From the NCBI GenBank assembly GCA_041572575.1, contig JBFFSH010000054.1:1-17535 (forward strand): a stretch of 17,535 nucleotides of DNA. The letters run 5' to 3'. The notes under the pieces are model-generated. The model did not search any database. It worked only from the letters and a program-made list of their open reading frames with translations, and was not told the DNA's origin. The translations under genes were made by a program, and so were the position numbers. The DNA is from Thermodesulfobacteriota bacterium. GTDB taxonomy: Bacteria; Desulfobacterota_D; UBA1144; Nemesobacterales; N074bin48. Below, one piece after another: positions 1 to 7,515 of the stretch; position 1 is the stretch's first letter, and each line of letters begins with the position of its first letter.

Positions 1-140
1 AAGGGTACTTCTCTAGAGTGAAATGGGCTTACAGAAACCATAGAGGACTGGCTAAACACAAGAGAATTAATTACTTCAAATGGTACACCTTTTTAAAGCA
101 AATCTGACTCAAATTAGCACACATTTTTTGCAATTATGCC
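1..140 (+). mobile_element. Right end of an IS256-family (IS1249-like) insertion sequence, partial
   Basis: Frame 3 reads GYFSRVKWAYRNHRGLAKHKRINYFKWYTFLKQI* (stop 105-107), resembling the (E)GxxxxLK..R.HRGL C-terminal motif of IS256/IS1249-group transposases. It is followed by a terminus whose reverse complement GGCATAATTGCAAAAAATGTGTGC resembles IS1249-type IRs and abuts the point where nfi breaks. The end is uncertain by 1-2 nt. Confidence 0.7.
3..107 (+). CDS. Transposase C-terminal fragment (IS256/IS1249-like), 5' truncated by the window edge
   Basis: Open frame from the window edge to TGA at 105-107, with the YFSRVK...RNHRGL motif. Confidence 0.65.
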   Translation, partial: GYFSRVKWAYRNHRGLAKHKRINYFKWYTFLKQI

Positions 141-412
141 CTGAATGACAGAAGGCCTGGGATGTATGGGAATGTTTCGTCTACTACCCTGGATACTCGC
201 TCAATTATTTCCATCCCGGGGTATGAGAAGCTTACAATGCCGCTTATGAGTTTTTTCTGCTCCTTAATTACACTCAAGTCAATCCCGCTTATCACGCTTA
301 GCTTTTTAAACCCGTTTTTTTGGATTACCTTTGCGCTAAGCTTGGTCTGCAGGTGCTTTGCTTCTTTTACTGATATATTTGCCTTAAACTTCTCAATTTC
401 ATTAATATCCAT
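134..412 (-). pseudogene. nfi: Endonuclease V, N-terminal part only, interrupted by IS
   Basis: Carries EndoV motifs 'EAKHLQ..L', 'ISGIDLS' (catalytic Asp) and 'FPYIPGLLSFR'. The conserved PGLLSFRE is cut to SFRA*, giving only 92 aa against ~220 aa for the family. Confidence 0.88.
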
Positions 413-478
413 AACGTTTATGAACTTACATTATATAATTTCTTGAACAATATGATGTATTAGATAGATTTTATCTCC

Positions 479-1441
479 ATGAAGATGCGTATGGGTTTTA
501 TAGTAGACCCGATAGAGGATTTTAATATCAATACCGATACGACTTTTACGTTTATGCTTGAGTCTCAGGCCCGGGGGTACGACGTCTGGTATTTTGAGAT
601 TAAGGATATTTTCGTAAAAGACGGCAGGCCCTTTTGTAATGCCAAGAAGGTTAAAGTTAAGAGGGCAAAGGATCATTATAAGGTTACTTCTACAAAGACT
701 CTTTCGTTCGAAGACTTCGACGTGCTCTGGATGAGAAAAGACCCGCCTTTTAATATGGACTATGTTTATACGACCTATTACCTGAGCCTTGTTGATCCAA
801 AGAAGACATTTGTAATAAACGATCCCAAGGGGATAAGGGAATCGAATGAGAAGCTCTACACTATGTATTTTCCCGATGTGATTCCGCAGTCATGTGTTGC
901 AAAGGACATTAACCGGTTAAACGAATTTCTCGACGAAGTAGGAGGCGAGATGGTTGTAAAACCTCTTGACGGCCATGGAGGGGAAGGGGTGTTCTTTGTA
1001 AAGAAGGGTGATAAGAATGCGGCTGTGATACTTGAAAACATAACAGCTTTCGGCACTCAGTTTGTTCTTGCTCAAAAGTTTATAAAGAAGGTATCGGAAG
1101 GGGATAAGAGGATAATAATCCTAAACGGAAAACCGATAGGGTCAGTGCTCAGGGTGGCAAAGAAAGGCGGAGAGTTCAGGTGCAACTTTCATTCAGGCGG
1201 AAGCGCCAAAAAGTCTAGCCTTACAAAGCGTGACATGCAGATTTGTGATGCAATATCAGAGAGGCTTGTGGCAGACGGGCTGTATTTTGTTGGCATAGAC
1301 GTTATAGGCGGCTATTTGTCAGAAGTAAATACAACAAGCCCAACATGCGTACAGGAAATAAACACACTTAGTAAAGTTAAACTGGAAGAACAGGTCATAG
1401 ATTTTGTTGAAGAACATCTTAATGAAAATAATATAGGATAA
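479..1441 (+). CDS. gshB: Glutathione synthetase (ATP-grasp); start may be ATG 485
   Basis: Motifs GFIVDP...DTT, WMRKDPPFNMDY, NEKL, VKPLDGHGGEG, GDKRI, FRCNFHSGG, FVGIDVIGGYLSEVNTTSPT; 320 aa. Confidence 0.95.
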   Translation: MKMRMGFIVDPIEDFNINTDTTFTFMLESQARGYDVWYFEIKDIFVKDGRPFCNAKKVKVKRAKDHYKVTSTKTLSFEDFDVLWMRKDPPFNMDYVYTTYYLSLVDPKKTFVINDPKGIRESNEKLYTMYFPDVIPQSCVAKDINRLNEFLDEVGGEMVVKPLDGHGGEGVFFVKKGDKNAAVILENITAFGTQFVLAQKFIKKVSEGDKRIIILNGKPIGSVLRVAKKGGEFRCNFHSGGSAKKSSLTKRDMQICDAISERLVADGLYFVGIDVIGGYLSEVNTTSPTCVQEINTLSKVKLEEQVIDFVEEHLNENNIG

Positions 1442-1448
1442 AATTGTT

Positions 1449-1739
1449 ATGAAAATTACAACAGAAAACGTAAAGGAAGTGGCAGAGCTGGCAAGGCTTG
1501 AGTTTGCTGAGGATGAGATTGAAAACTTCAGGAGTCAGTTTGAAAACATTCTCAAGTTCATATCGAAGCTCGATGAACTGGATATAGATGACGTAAAACC
1601 CACAGCGCATGTGCTTGATATTTCCACACCAATGAGAGAGGACGTAGTACAGGACTGGATAACACAGGATGAGGCAATGAAAAATGCCCCTCAGCCCGAG
1701 GATGGTTTCTTCGGTGTCCCCAAGGTAATTGAAGATTAG
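1449..1739 (+). CDS. gatC: Asp-tRNA(Asn)/Glu-tRNA(Gln) amidotransferase subunit C
   Basis: MKITTENVKEVAELARLEF...MREDVV...NAPQPEDGFFGVPKVIE; directly upstream of gatA. Confidence 0.96.
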   Translation: MKITTENVKEVAELARLEFAEDEIENFRSQFENILKFISKLDELDIDDVKPTAHVLDISTPMREDVVQDWITQDEAMKNAPQPEDGFFGVPKVIED

Positions 1740-1761
1740 TTAAGGTATTAGAGGATTAGTT

Positions 1762-3225
1762 ATGGAGCTACATGAACTAACAATACAAGAAATATCAGAA
1801 CTTATTAAGAAAAAAGAAGTCTCTCCCGTTGAGCTTACTGAACTTATACTCGGCAGAATAGAGAAGTATGATGGTGAGATAAATTCATATGTCACGGTAC
1901 TTGCTGAGTTTGCAATTAAAAGAGCCAGGGAAGCAGAGAAGGAAATAGGTGCTGGCAATTATATAGGGCCACTGCACGGAGTGCCTATCGGCCTGAAGGA
2001 TATATTTGTGATGAAAGATTATCCTACCACGGCAGGATCGAGGATTCTTGAGGGGTATACCTCTTTATATAACGCAGCTGTCACACAAAAACTTATTGAT
2101 GCAGGAGCCGTAATAGTTGGCAAAAACAATATGGATGAGTTTGCAATGGGTTCGTCCAATGAGACATCGTATTACGGACAGGTTAAAAACCCATGGGATT
2201 TGCAACGTGTACCAGGGGGGTCAAGCGGCGGATCGGCAGCGGCAGTGGCAGCGTCACTCTGCTATGGCTCAGTAGGTACCGACACCGGGGGCTCAATTCG
2301 CCAGCCTGCATCACTATGCGGTATAGTTGGTATGAAACCAACATATGGATCAGTGAGCCGATTTGGCATGATAGCATTTGCGTCATCTCTCGATCAGGCA
2401 GGACCCCTTACAAAATCTGTATATGACACGGCTTTGATATTGAGCCTGATATCGGGCCATGATAAGCGTGATTCTACTTCGGTAAAAAGTGAAGTTCCGG
2501 ATTACGCTGCTAATTTAACTTCCGATATTAAAGGCATGAAAGTAGGAATACCAAAGGAATATTTTATTGATGGTATAGATAAAGAGGTAGCTAGTGCGGT
2601 TAATGATTCAATTAAACTTATAACTGAGCTTGGTGCAAATATTGTAGAAATATCACTGCCCCATACCGAATACTCTACTGCAGCTTACTATATAATTGCC
2701 CCGTCTGAAGCAAGCTCCAATTTAGCAAGATTTGACGGCGTTAAATACGGATATAGAACAGCGGATGCCGATAACCTTTCCGATATGTATGTAAAAACAA
2801 AAACCGAGGGGTTTGGTCAGGAAGTAAAGAGAAGGATAATGATTGGAACATATGCGCTATCAGCAGGGTACTATGATGCATTTTATAATAAAGCCAGAAG
2901 GGTGCAGACTTTGCTTAGAGAGGACTTCCAGCAGGCGTTTGAAAAAGTGGATGTAATTCTTACCCCAACTGCTGCCGAGCCTGCTTTTAAAATTGGAGAA
3001 AAAACTACTGACCCCATTAAGATGTATCTGTCTGACGTGTTTACAAACCCTGCCAACCTGGCAGGCCTTCCAGGAATCTCGCTTCCCTGCGGGTATACTG
3101 AAAGCGGACTTCCAATTGGGCTGCAATTCATAGGCAAACCTTTTGATGAACAGACTGTCCTAAATGCTGCTTATGCTTATGAGTCTAATACCGAGTGGAA
3201 TAAGAGGAGACCTAAAATAAATTGA
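1762..3225 (+). CDS. gatA: Asp-tRNA(Asn)/Glu-tRNA(Gln) amidotransferase subunit A
   Basis: Amidase signature GLKD, NMDEFAMGSS, PGGSSGGSAAAV, GTDTGGSIRQPA; also EVKRRIMIGTYALSAGYYDAFY. SD GAGGA upstream. Confidence 0.97.
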   Translation: MELHELTIQEISELIKKKEVSPVELTELILGRIEKYDGEINSYVTVLAEFAIKRAREAEKEIGAGNYIGPLHGVPIGLKDIFVMKDYPTTAGSRILEGYTSLYNAAVTQKLIDAGAVIVGKNNMDEFAMGSSNETSYYGQVKNPWDLQRVPGGSSGGSAAAVAASLCYGSVGTDTGGSIRQPASLCGIVGMKPTYGSVSRFGMIAFASSLDQAGPLTKSVYDTALILSLISGHDKRDSTSVKSEVPDYAANLTSDIKGMKVGIPKEYFIDGIDKEVASAVNDSIKLITELGANIVEISLPHTEYSTAAYYIIAPSEASSNLARFDGVKYGYRTADADNLSDMYVKTKTEGFGQEVKRRIMIGTYALSAGYYDAFYNKARRVQTLLREDFQQAFEKVDVILTPTAAEPAFKIGEKTTDPIKMYLSDVFTNPANLAGLPGISLPCGYTESGLPIGLQFIGKPFDEQTVLNAAYAYESNTEWNKRRPKIN

Positions 3226-3235
3226 GGTAGATGAT

Positions 3236-3406
3236 ATGACTGAAAAAGTAAAAAAATGCATAATTTGCGCCAAACCTTCTGAAGAAACTATATGTGAAGC
3301 CTGTAAGGCAAACATACAGGGTGAATCGCTTGATAAGAAAATGAAAGTAGAAAAGAAAGTGCCGATAGCAGAGGAAGTACTAAAGAGGAAGAAAAAAGAA
3401 AAATAG
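3236..3406 (+). CDS. Small putative zinc-ribbon protein, 56 aa (below the ORF-track cutoff)
   Basis: MTEKVKKCIICAKPSEETICEACKANIQGESLDKKMKVEKKVPIAEEVLKRKKKEK*. CxxC-x8-CxxC motif; SD-like GAGGT at 3224-3228; fills the gatA-methyltransferase gap. Confidence 0.8.
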   Translation: MTEKVKKCIICAKPSEETICEACKANIQGESLDKKMKVEKKVPIAEEVLKRKKKEK

Positions 3407-3418
3407 TATTTTTCTTTC

Positions 3419-4138
3419 TTGGAAATGATGAGTAAAGATGAGTTTATATACGATACTGACGAGCTGGAAGCACTAAAATATGCAAAGAATTATTACAACT
3501 GGATCATGGGTTATTTTAAACCCCATCTGGGCCGCTCAGTAGTGGAGGTAGGAGCTGGAATCGGGACATTCTCTGATTTTATAATAGATAACATTAATGA
3601 GCCATATACCTTGTCTCTTTATGAACCTGCCGGAAATAATTTTGAACAACTTGAACAAAAGTATAACGGTAAAAAAAAAGTAAACATATATAACGATTAC
3701 TTTAAGTATAGTAATGAAAATCAATTCGATACCCTGATAATCAACAATGTTTTGGAACATATTGAAGATGATCAGGCAATTGTTAACGACTTTTATAAAT
3801 CTCTATTGCCCACTGGTAAACTTTTAATATTCGTTCCGGCGCTGGATTTTTTGTATAGTGAATTTGATAAAGACCTGGGTCATTTTAGAAGATATTCTAA
3901 AGATAATTTGCGTAAATTGCTCATTAATAATGGTTTCAAGATCATTGAGATCAGATATTTTAATATACTTGGTGTTTTGAGCTGGTATTTTGTGTTTAAG
4001 GTATTAAGAAAGAAAACAATAAATATAGATGCGGTTAAGTTTTATGATAAATATATAATTCCAGTTTTACGAAACATTGAATCAATAGTTAAACCTCCAA
4101 TAGGGCAGAATTTATTAGTGGTCGCTAAAAAAGAGTAA
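3419..4138 (+). CDS. Class I SAM-dependent methyltransferase (glycan-associated type); start may be ATG 3425 or 3428
   Basis: VVEVGAGIG (motif I), NVLEHIEDD, LLPTGKLLIFVPA...LY..FD...GHFRRY. Confidence 0.85.
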   Translation: MEMMSKDEFIYDTDELEALKYAKNYYNWIMGYFKPHLGRSVVEVGAGIGTFSDFIIDNINEPYTLSLYEPAGNNFEQLEQKYNGKKKVNIYNDYFKYSNENQFDTLIINNVLEHIEDDQAIVNDFYKSLLPTGKLLIFVPALDFLYSEFDKDLGHFRRYSKDNLRKLLINNGFKIIEIRYFNILGVLSWYFVFKVLRKKTINIDAVKFYDKYIIPVLRNIESIVKPPIGQNLLVVAKKE

Positions 4139-4150
4139 TATTTTAAAAAG

Positions 4151-4900
4151 ATGAATAATTTCAGATTATCTATTGTTATTCCTGTTTATAATGAGGTTAA
4201 TACCATTGAAGAAATACTTCTAAAAGTACAGTCTGTAAAACTCGATAAAGAGATAGTGATTGTAGATGACTGCTCTACGGACGGTACAAGAGAGTTTCTT
4301 GAACTAATAAATAAAAAGAAACTTAAGTCTAAATCTATAAAAACCCCGCTGAATAAGATTAGCTTGAAAATAGATAACATCAGTGTTTTCTTTCAAAGTG
4401 AAAATATGGGCAAGGGTGCTGCTCTTCATAGAGGCTTTGCTGAATCAAATGGAGATATCATTATTATTCAGGATGCAGATCTTGAATACGACCCAGAGGA
4501 ATATCATGTACTGCTCGAACCCATAGAAAAAGGTGTAGCAGATGTGGTATTTGGCTCAAGGTTCATTGGTGGAGGTGCACACAGAGTGTTGTTCTTCTGG
4601 CATTCTCTGGCAAACAAATTTCTTACTGTCCTTTCCAATATGTTTACCAACCTAAACCTGACTGATGTTTGGACGTGTTATAAGGTCTTTAAAAGAGATA
4701 TCCTGAGTGACATTGAACTGAGAGAAAATAGATTTGGATTTGAACCTGAGTTTACTCAAAAAATTGCAAATAAAAAATTCAGGATTTTTGAGGTGCCAAT
4801 TTCTTACTATGGAAGGACCTATGAAGAAGGTAAAAAGATAGGTTGGAGAGACGGGATCAGAGCCCTTTGGTGCGTGATTTATTATAAGTTTTTAGGATAG
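4151..4900 (+). CDS. Glycosyltransferase family 2 (DPM1/polyprenol-phosphate glycosyltransferase-like)
   Basis: [62 protein letters not shown]. Confidence 0.92.
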   Translation: MNNFRLSIVIPVYNEVNTIEEILLKVQSVKLDKEIVIVDDCSTDGTREFLELINKKKLKSKSIKTPLNKISLKIDNISVFFQSENMGKGAALHRGFAESNGDIIIIQDADLEYDPEEYHVLLEPIEKGVADVVFGSRFIGGGAHRVLFFWHSLANKFLTVLSNMFTNLNLTDVWTCYKVFKRDILSDIELRENRFGFEPEFTQKIANKKFRIFEVPISYYGRTYEEGKKIGWRDGIRALWCVIYYKFLG

Positions 4901-4901
4901 A

Positions 4902-5732
4902 TTAGTCCCAGATCTTAAGAGCAGTTTTGTAAACATCGTTCTTTTGTAAATTAAATCTGTCGGTCATAATACTTACTGCTTCCTTAAGTGTCTTCCCTGT
5001 TTTTTTTAGCTTGATTAACTCTAATTCAATATCTATTTTCGGTTCTAATAAATCCGGGTTTTGGCCTGTAACTACAATTGTAAACTCACCCCTAATTTTA
5101 TCTTTCTCTACAAGCTTTTCTATTACTTTAGATAAAGTTCCCCTAATAGTCTCTTCATATATTTTCGTAAGCTCTCTGCTTACCGAGCAGTGCCTGTTGC
5201 CAAGAATGTCCTGTATAGCGCTTAAAGTATTAATAACCCTATTTGGCGACTCATAAAATATAAGAGTCTCAGGATAATATTTTACCTTTTGAAGCTTATC
5301 TTTTATTTTTGTGGCAGTTTTTGGTAAAAATCCAATAAATGTAAAGCCGGATGTTGGAAGCCCCGAAATACTGAGTGCCGATGTAGCAGCGCAGGGCCCT
5401 GGTATTGAGATCACATCAATACCATTTTCTGATGCATGCTTTACAACCCTGTATCCCGGATCAGATATGCATGGTGTTCCTGCGTCAGAAACAACTGCTA
5501 CGGATTTTCCATTTATTAGCTCGTTTACGATCTCCTCTGATTTTTCGCTTTCATTATGCTCATGGTAACTTAACAGGGTTTTCTTTATTCCCAGGTGGCT
5601 AAGCAGTTTTCTTGTAACTCTTGTATCTTCGCATGCAATTATATCAGCTTCACCAAGGATTCTTGATGCCCTGAGAGTAATATCCTCGAGATTACCAATA
5701 GGGGTTGAGACAACATATAATTTCCCTTTCAT
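4902..5732 (-). CDS. rsmI: 16S rRNA (cytidine1402-2'-O)-methyltransferase
   Basis: LYVVSTPIGNLEDITLRA, ACEDTR, VSDAGTPCISDPG, YESPNR, RELTKIYEE, RGEF. Confidence 0.96.
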   Translation of the reverse strand: MKGKLYVVSTPIGNLEDITLRASRILGEADIIACEDTRVTRKLLSHLGIKKTLLSYHEHNESEKSEEIVNELINGKSVAVVSDAGTPCISDPGYRVVKHASENGIDVISIPGPCAATSALSISGLPTSGFTFIGFLPKTATKIKDKLQKVKYYPETLIFYESPNRVINTLSAIQDILGNRHCSVSRELTKIYEETIRGTLSKVIEKLVEKDKIRGEFTIVVTGQNPDLLEPKIDIELELIKLKKTGKTLKEAVSIMTDRFNLQKNDVYKTALKIWD

Positions 5733-5738
5733 GTCTTT

Positions 5739-5767
5739 ATTATAGTGGGATATTATCAGATTGATAA
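5739..5767 (-). promoter_or_regulatory. Sigma70-type promoter for rsmI, probably leaderless
   Basis: Minus-strand TATAAT (5744-5739) ends 6 nt before the ATG; TTATCA lies 17 nt upstream; no SD. Confidence 0.55.
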
Positions 5768-5783
5768 TAAATTATCATTATCA
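5752..5783. promoter_or_regulatory. Fur/PerR-box-like array of TGATAAT/ATTATCA heptamers
   Basis: ATTATCA 5752-5758, TGATAAT 5762-5768, ATTATCA 5771-5777 and 5777-5783; perfect 7-2-7 palindrome TGATAAT-AA-ATTATCA. Confidence 0.35.
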
Positions 5784-5962
5784 TGTATTATTAGGATGTA
5801 AACTCAATCAATTTGCTAATTCATGTAGTAAGTGTAATATCCGTAGTTAACACATTCGATCTCTATTAAATTTTTCTTTTCTTTTAGGTTTTTATAAACT
5901 GCCTTCCTTAAATTTTATAAAAATCTGCAAATCTTTAATACGAAATCACAAAGGGGACAAAT

Positions 5963-6286
5963 ATGAATCTTTTCGTAGGAAATCTGGATAAGGAAACAAC
6001 AGAAGATGAACTTGCGCAGCTTTTTAGTGAATATGGCGACGTAAAATCTGCTAAAATTATAAGAGATATATATAGCGGTGACCCAAGAGGGTTTGGGTTT
6101 GTAGAATTCGGAAGTAAATCCGATGCGATTAATGCCATAAACGAGATGAACGGCAGGGAATTCAAAGGACAGGAACTAAAGGTTAACGAAGCCATAGACA
6201 AGAGAGCAGATAACAAACGAGGCGGCGGCAGGAGAGGCGGTAAAAGCGGCGGCAGCAGAAAAGGCGGCAGTGGGAGAAGGTATTAG
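5963..6286 (+). CDS. RRM-domain RNA-binding protein with a Gly/Arg-rich tail
   Basis: RNP2 LFVGNL, RNP1 RGFGFVEF, C-terminal RGGGRRGGKSGGSRKGGSGRRY; SD AGGGG upstream. Confidence 0.93.
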   Translation: MNLFVGNLDKETTEDELAQLFSEYGDVKSAKIIRDIYSGDPRGFGFVEFGSKSDAINAINEMNGREFKGQELKVNEAIDKRADNKRGGGRRGGKSGGSRKGGSGRRY

Positions 6287-6337
6287 AATTACTGAATTAT
6301 ACCAAAAAAAGATAACACTATATTAATTAAGTTACAG

Positions 6338-6382
6338 AGCCGACGCTGGAATTTGAACCGCAGATCCGCTTATTACAATTGA
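6338..6382 (-). repeat. Degenerate copy of the tRNA-Thr 3' half (probable att scar / tRNA fragment)
   Basis: Ungapped 33/45 identity, counted by eye, with 7334-7378. Keeps CGTCGGCT, GTTCAAAT and an anticodon-position TGT; the T-stem no longer pairs and there is no 5' half. Confidence 0.7.
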
Positions 6383-6639
6383 AGATTATATAGGTTGTGT
6401 TTTTTTTAGTCAAAATGTTTTTAACTGAGAAAATTCTTTATTATCAGGGTGTTATAAGCCGATTAATTAAAAACATAAGGTATTTAAAAAATCTTAAGTG
6501 TATAAACCAAGAGCAAAACTGCAGTAATAAAATTGTATTGTTTTAGTGTTTGGGATTAAAGCTTTTAGCCATGCGTAACTAAGAATATCTATTCCACACG
6601 ACTTTCATTATGTTGCTGAAGAAAGGGTATAATATTAAT

Positions 6640-7179
6640 ATGATCATAAGAATGTTGATTGTATTTATAACCATATCAATAAATTCTGTTGCTGAAAACG
6701 ATATCTCTTTAAATACAGTACCAATGGTTGACCTTAAAAAATACAGCGGCACTTGGTACGAAATTGCTAAAATCCCTAATCGCTTTCAGAAAAATTGTAT
6801 TTCCGATACTACTGCAACTTATAATTTATCTGATAATGGCAGGATTAGTGTAGTAAATAAATGCCTTGATAAAAAAGGCAAGCTTTTAGTCGCCGAAGGT
6901 ATTGCCAAAATAGTAGATACGAATTCAAACTCCAAACTCAAAGTAAGCTTTTTTAGTATATTCGGATGGCACTTATTCTGGGGTGATTATTGGATTATAG
7001 GACTTGGTGATGATTATGATTATGCAATCATAGGACATCCAGATAGAAAATATGGCTGGATATTAAATCGCACACCTCAGCTATCTAAAGAAAAAAATGA
7101 AGAGATTTTCAAAATTATAGAGAACAGTGGATACAATCCAGACAAATTTGAATTTCCAAAACAAGATTATAATGATTAA
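6640..7179 (+). CDS. blc: Bacterial lipocalin (Blc-like); start at ATG 6640 favoured over 6610
   Basis: VDLKKYSGTWYEIA, F..NC, KLKVSFF, GDYWII.L..DY.YA.IG.P.RKY.WIL.RTP. Hydrophobic N-terminus from 6640, preceded by TATAAT. Confidence 0.9.
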   Translation: MIIRMLIVFITISINSVAENDISLNTVPMVDLKKYSGTWYEIAKIPNRFQKNCISDTTATYNLSDNGRISVVNKCLDKKGKLLVAEGIAKIVDTNSNSKLKVSFFSIFGWHLFWGDYWIIGLGDDYDYAIIGHPDRKYGWILNRTPQLSKEKNEEIFKIIENSGYNPDKFEFPKQDYND

Positions 7180-7333
7180 GTAGATTTAATTACTTATTTA
7201 TATAGGATATTAGGAGATTACTGATTAATAGGTATAGAGGTTCAAAGAGTCTGAGAGTTCAAAAATGAGAGCAAAAACTCTAGCAATAAATTTGAGAGAA
7301 TATTGAAGGCGTTGTAACCGCCTGTAATTATTA

Positions 7334-7405
7334 AGCCGACGGGGAGATTTGAACTCCCGACCTGCTCATTACGAGTGAGCTGCTCTACCACTGAGCTACG
7401 TCGGC
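7334..7405 (-). tRNA. tRNA-Thr(CGT)
   Basis: GCCGACGTAGCTCAGTGGTAGAGCAGCTCACTCGTAATGAGCAGGTCGGGAGTTCAAATCTCCCCGTCGGCT. Full cloverleaf, anticodon loop CT-CGT-AA; CCA not encoded. Confidence 0.96.
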
Positions 7406-7421
7406 AGGAATTTAAAACCAG

Positions 7422-7449
7422 ATTATAGCATCCAAAATTTTACAATCAA
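7422..7449 (-). promoter_or_regulatory. Promoter for tRNA-Thr
   Basis: Minus strand TTGATT-N16-TATAAT with an extended TGn. Confidence 0.55.
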
Positions 7450-7479
7450 ACCTTCCATAGGCCGATTTTCTCTAAATTT

Positions 7480-7507
7480 TTGATAATCTGTTCTCACAAT
7501 TTATAAT
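7480..7507 (+). promoter_or_regulatory. Promoter for the DUF4301 gene, (near-)leaderless
   Basis: TTGATA (7480-7485)-N16-TATAAT (7502-7507), 8 nt before ATG 7516; pyrimidine-only spacer, no SD. Confidence 0.6.
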
Positions 7508-7515
7508 CCTTTTCT

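Noticed and set aside
162..446. 94-aa + strand ORF
   Set aside because: Antisense shadow of nfi with no recognisable motif.
431..3137. Short ORFs overlapping gshB/gatC/gatA (431..676, 856..1056, 1419..1610, 1740..1958, 2183..2386, 2193..2426, 2860..3126, 2883..3137)
   Set aside because: Antisense or off-frame shadows of well-conserved genes.
3536..5602. ORFs 3536..3760, 4186..4380, 5011..5256, 5311..5568, 5405..5602
   Set aside because: Opposite-strand shadows of the methyltransferase, GT2 and rsmI.
5935..6216. 93-aa minus-strand ORF
   Set aside because: Antisense to the RRM gene.
6338..6382. Functional tRNA-Thr(TGT)
   Set aside because: No 5' acceptor or D-arm half and the T-stem does not pair; kept only as a fragment/att scar.
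7237..7272. Short GAG(A)GTTCAAA repeats
   Set aside because: Only two ~10-nt copies with no spacer structure; not a CRISPR array or tRNA arm.
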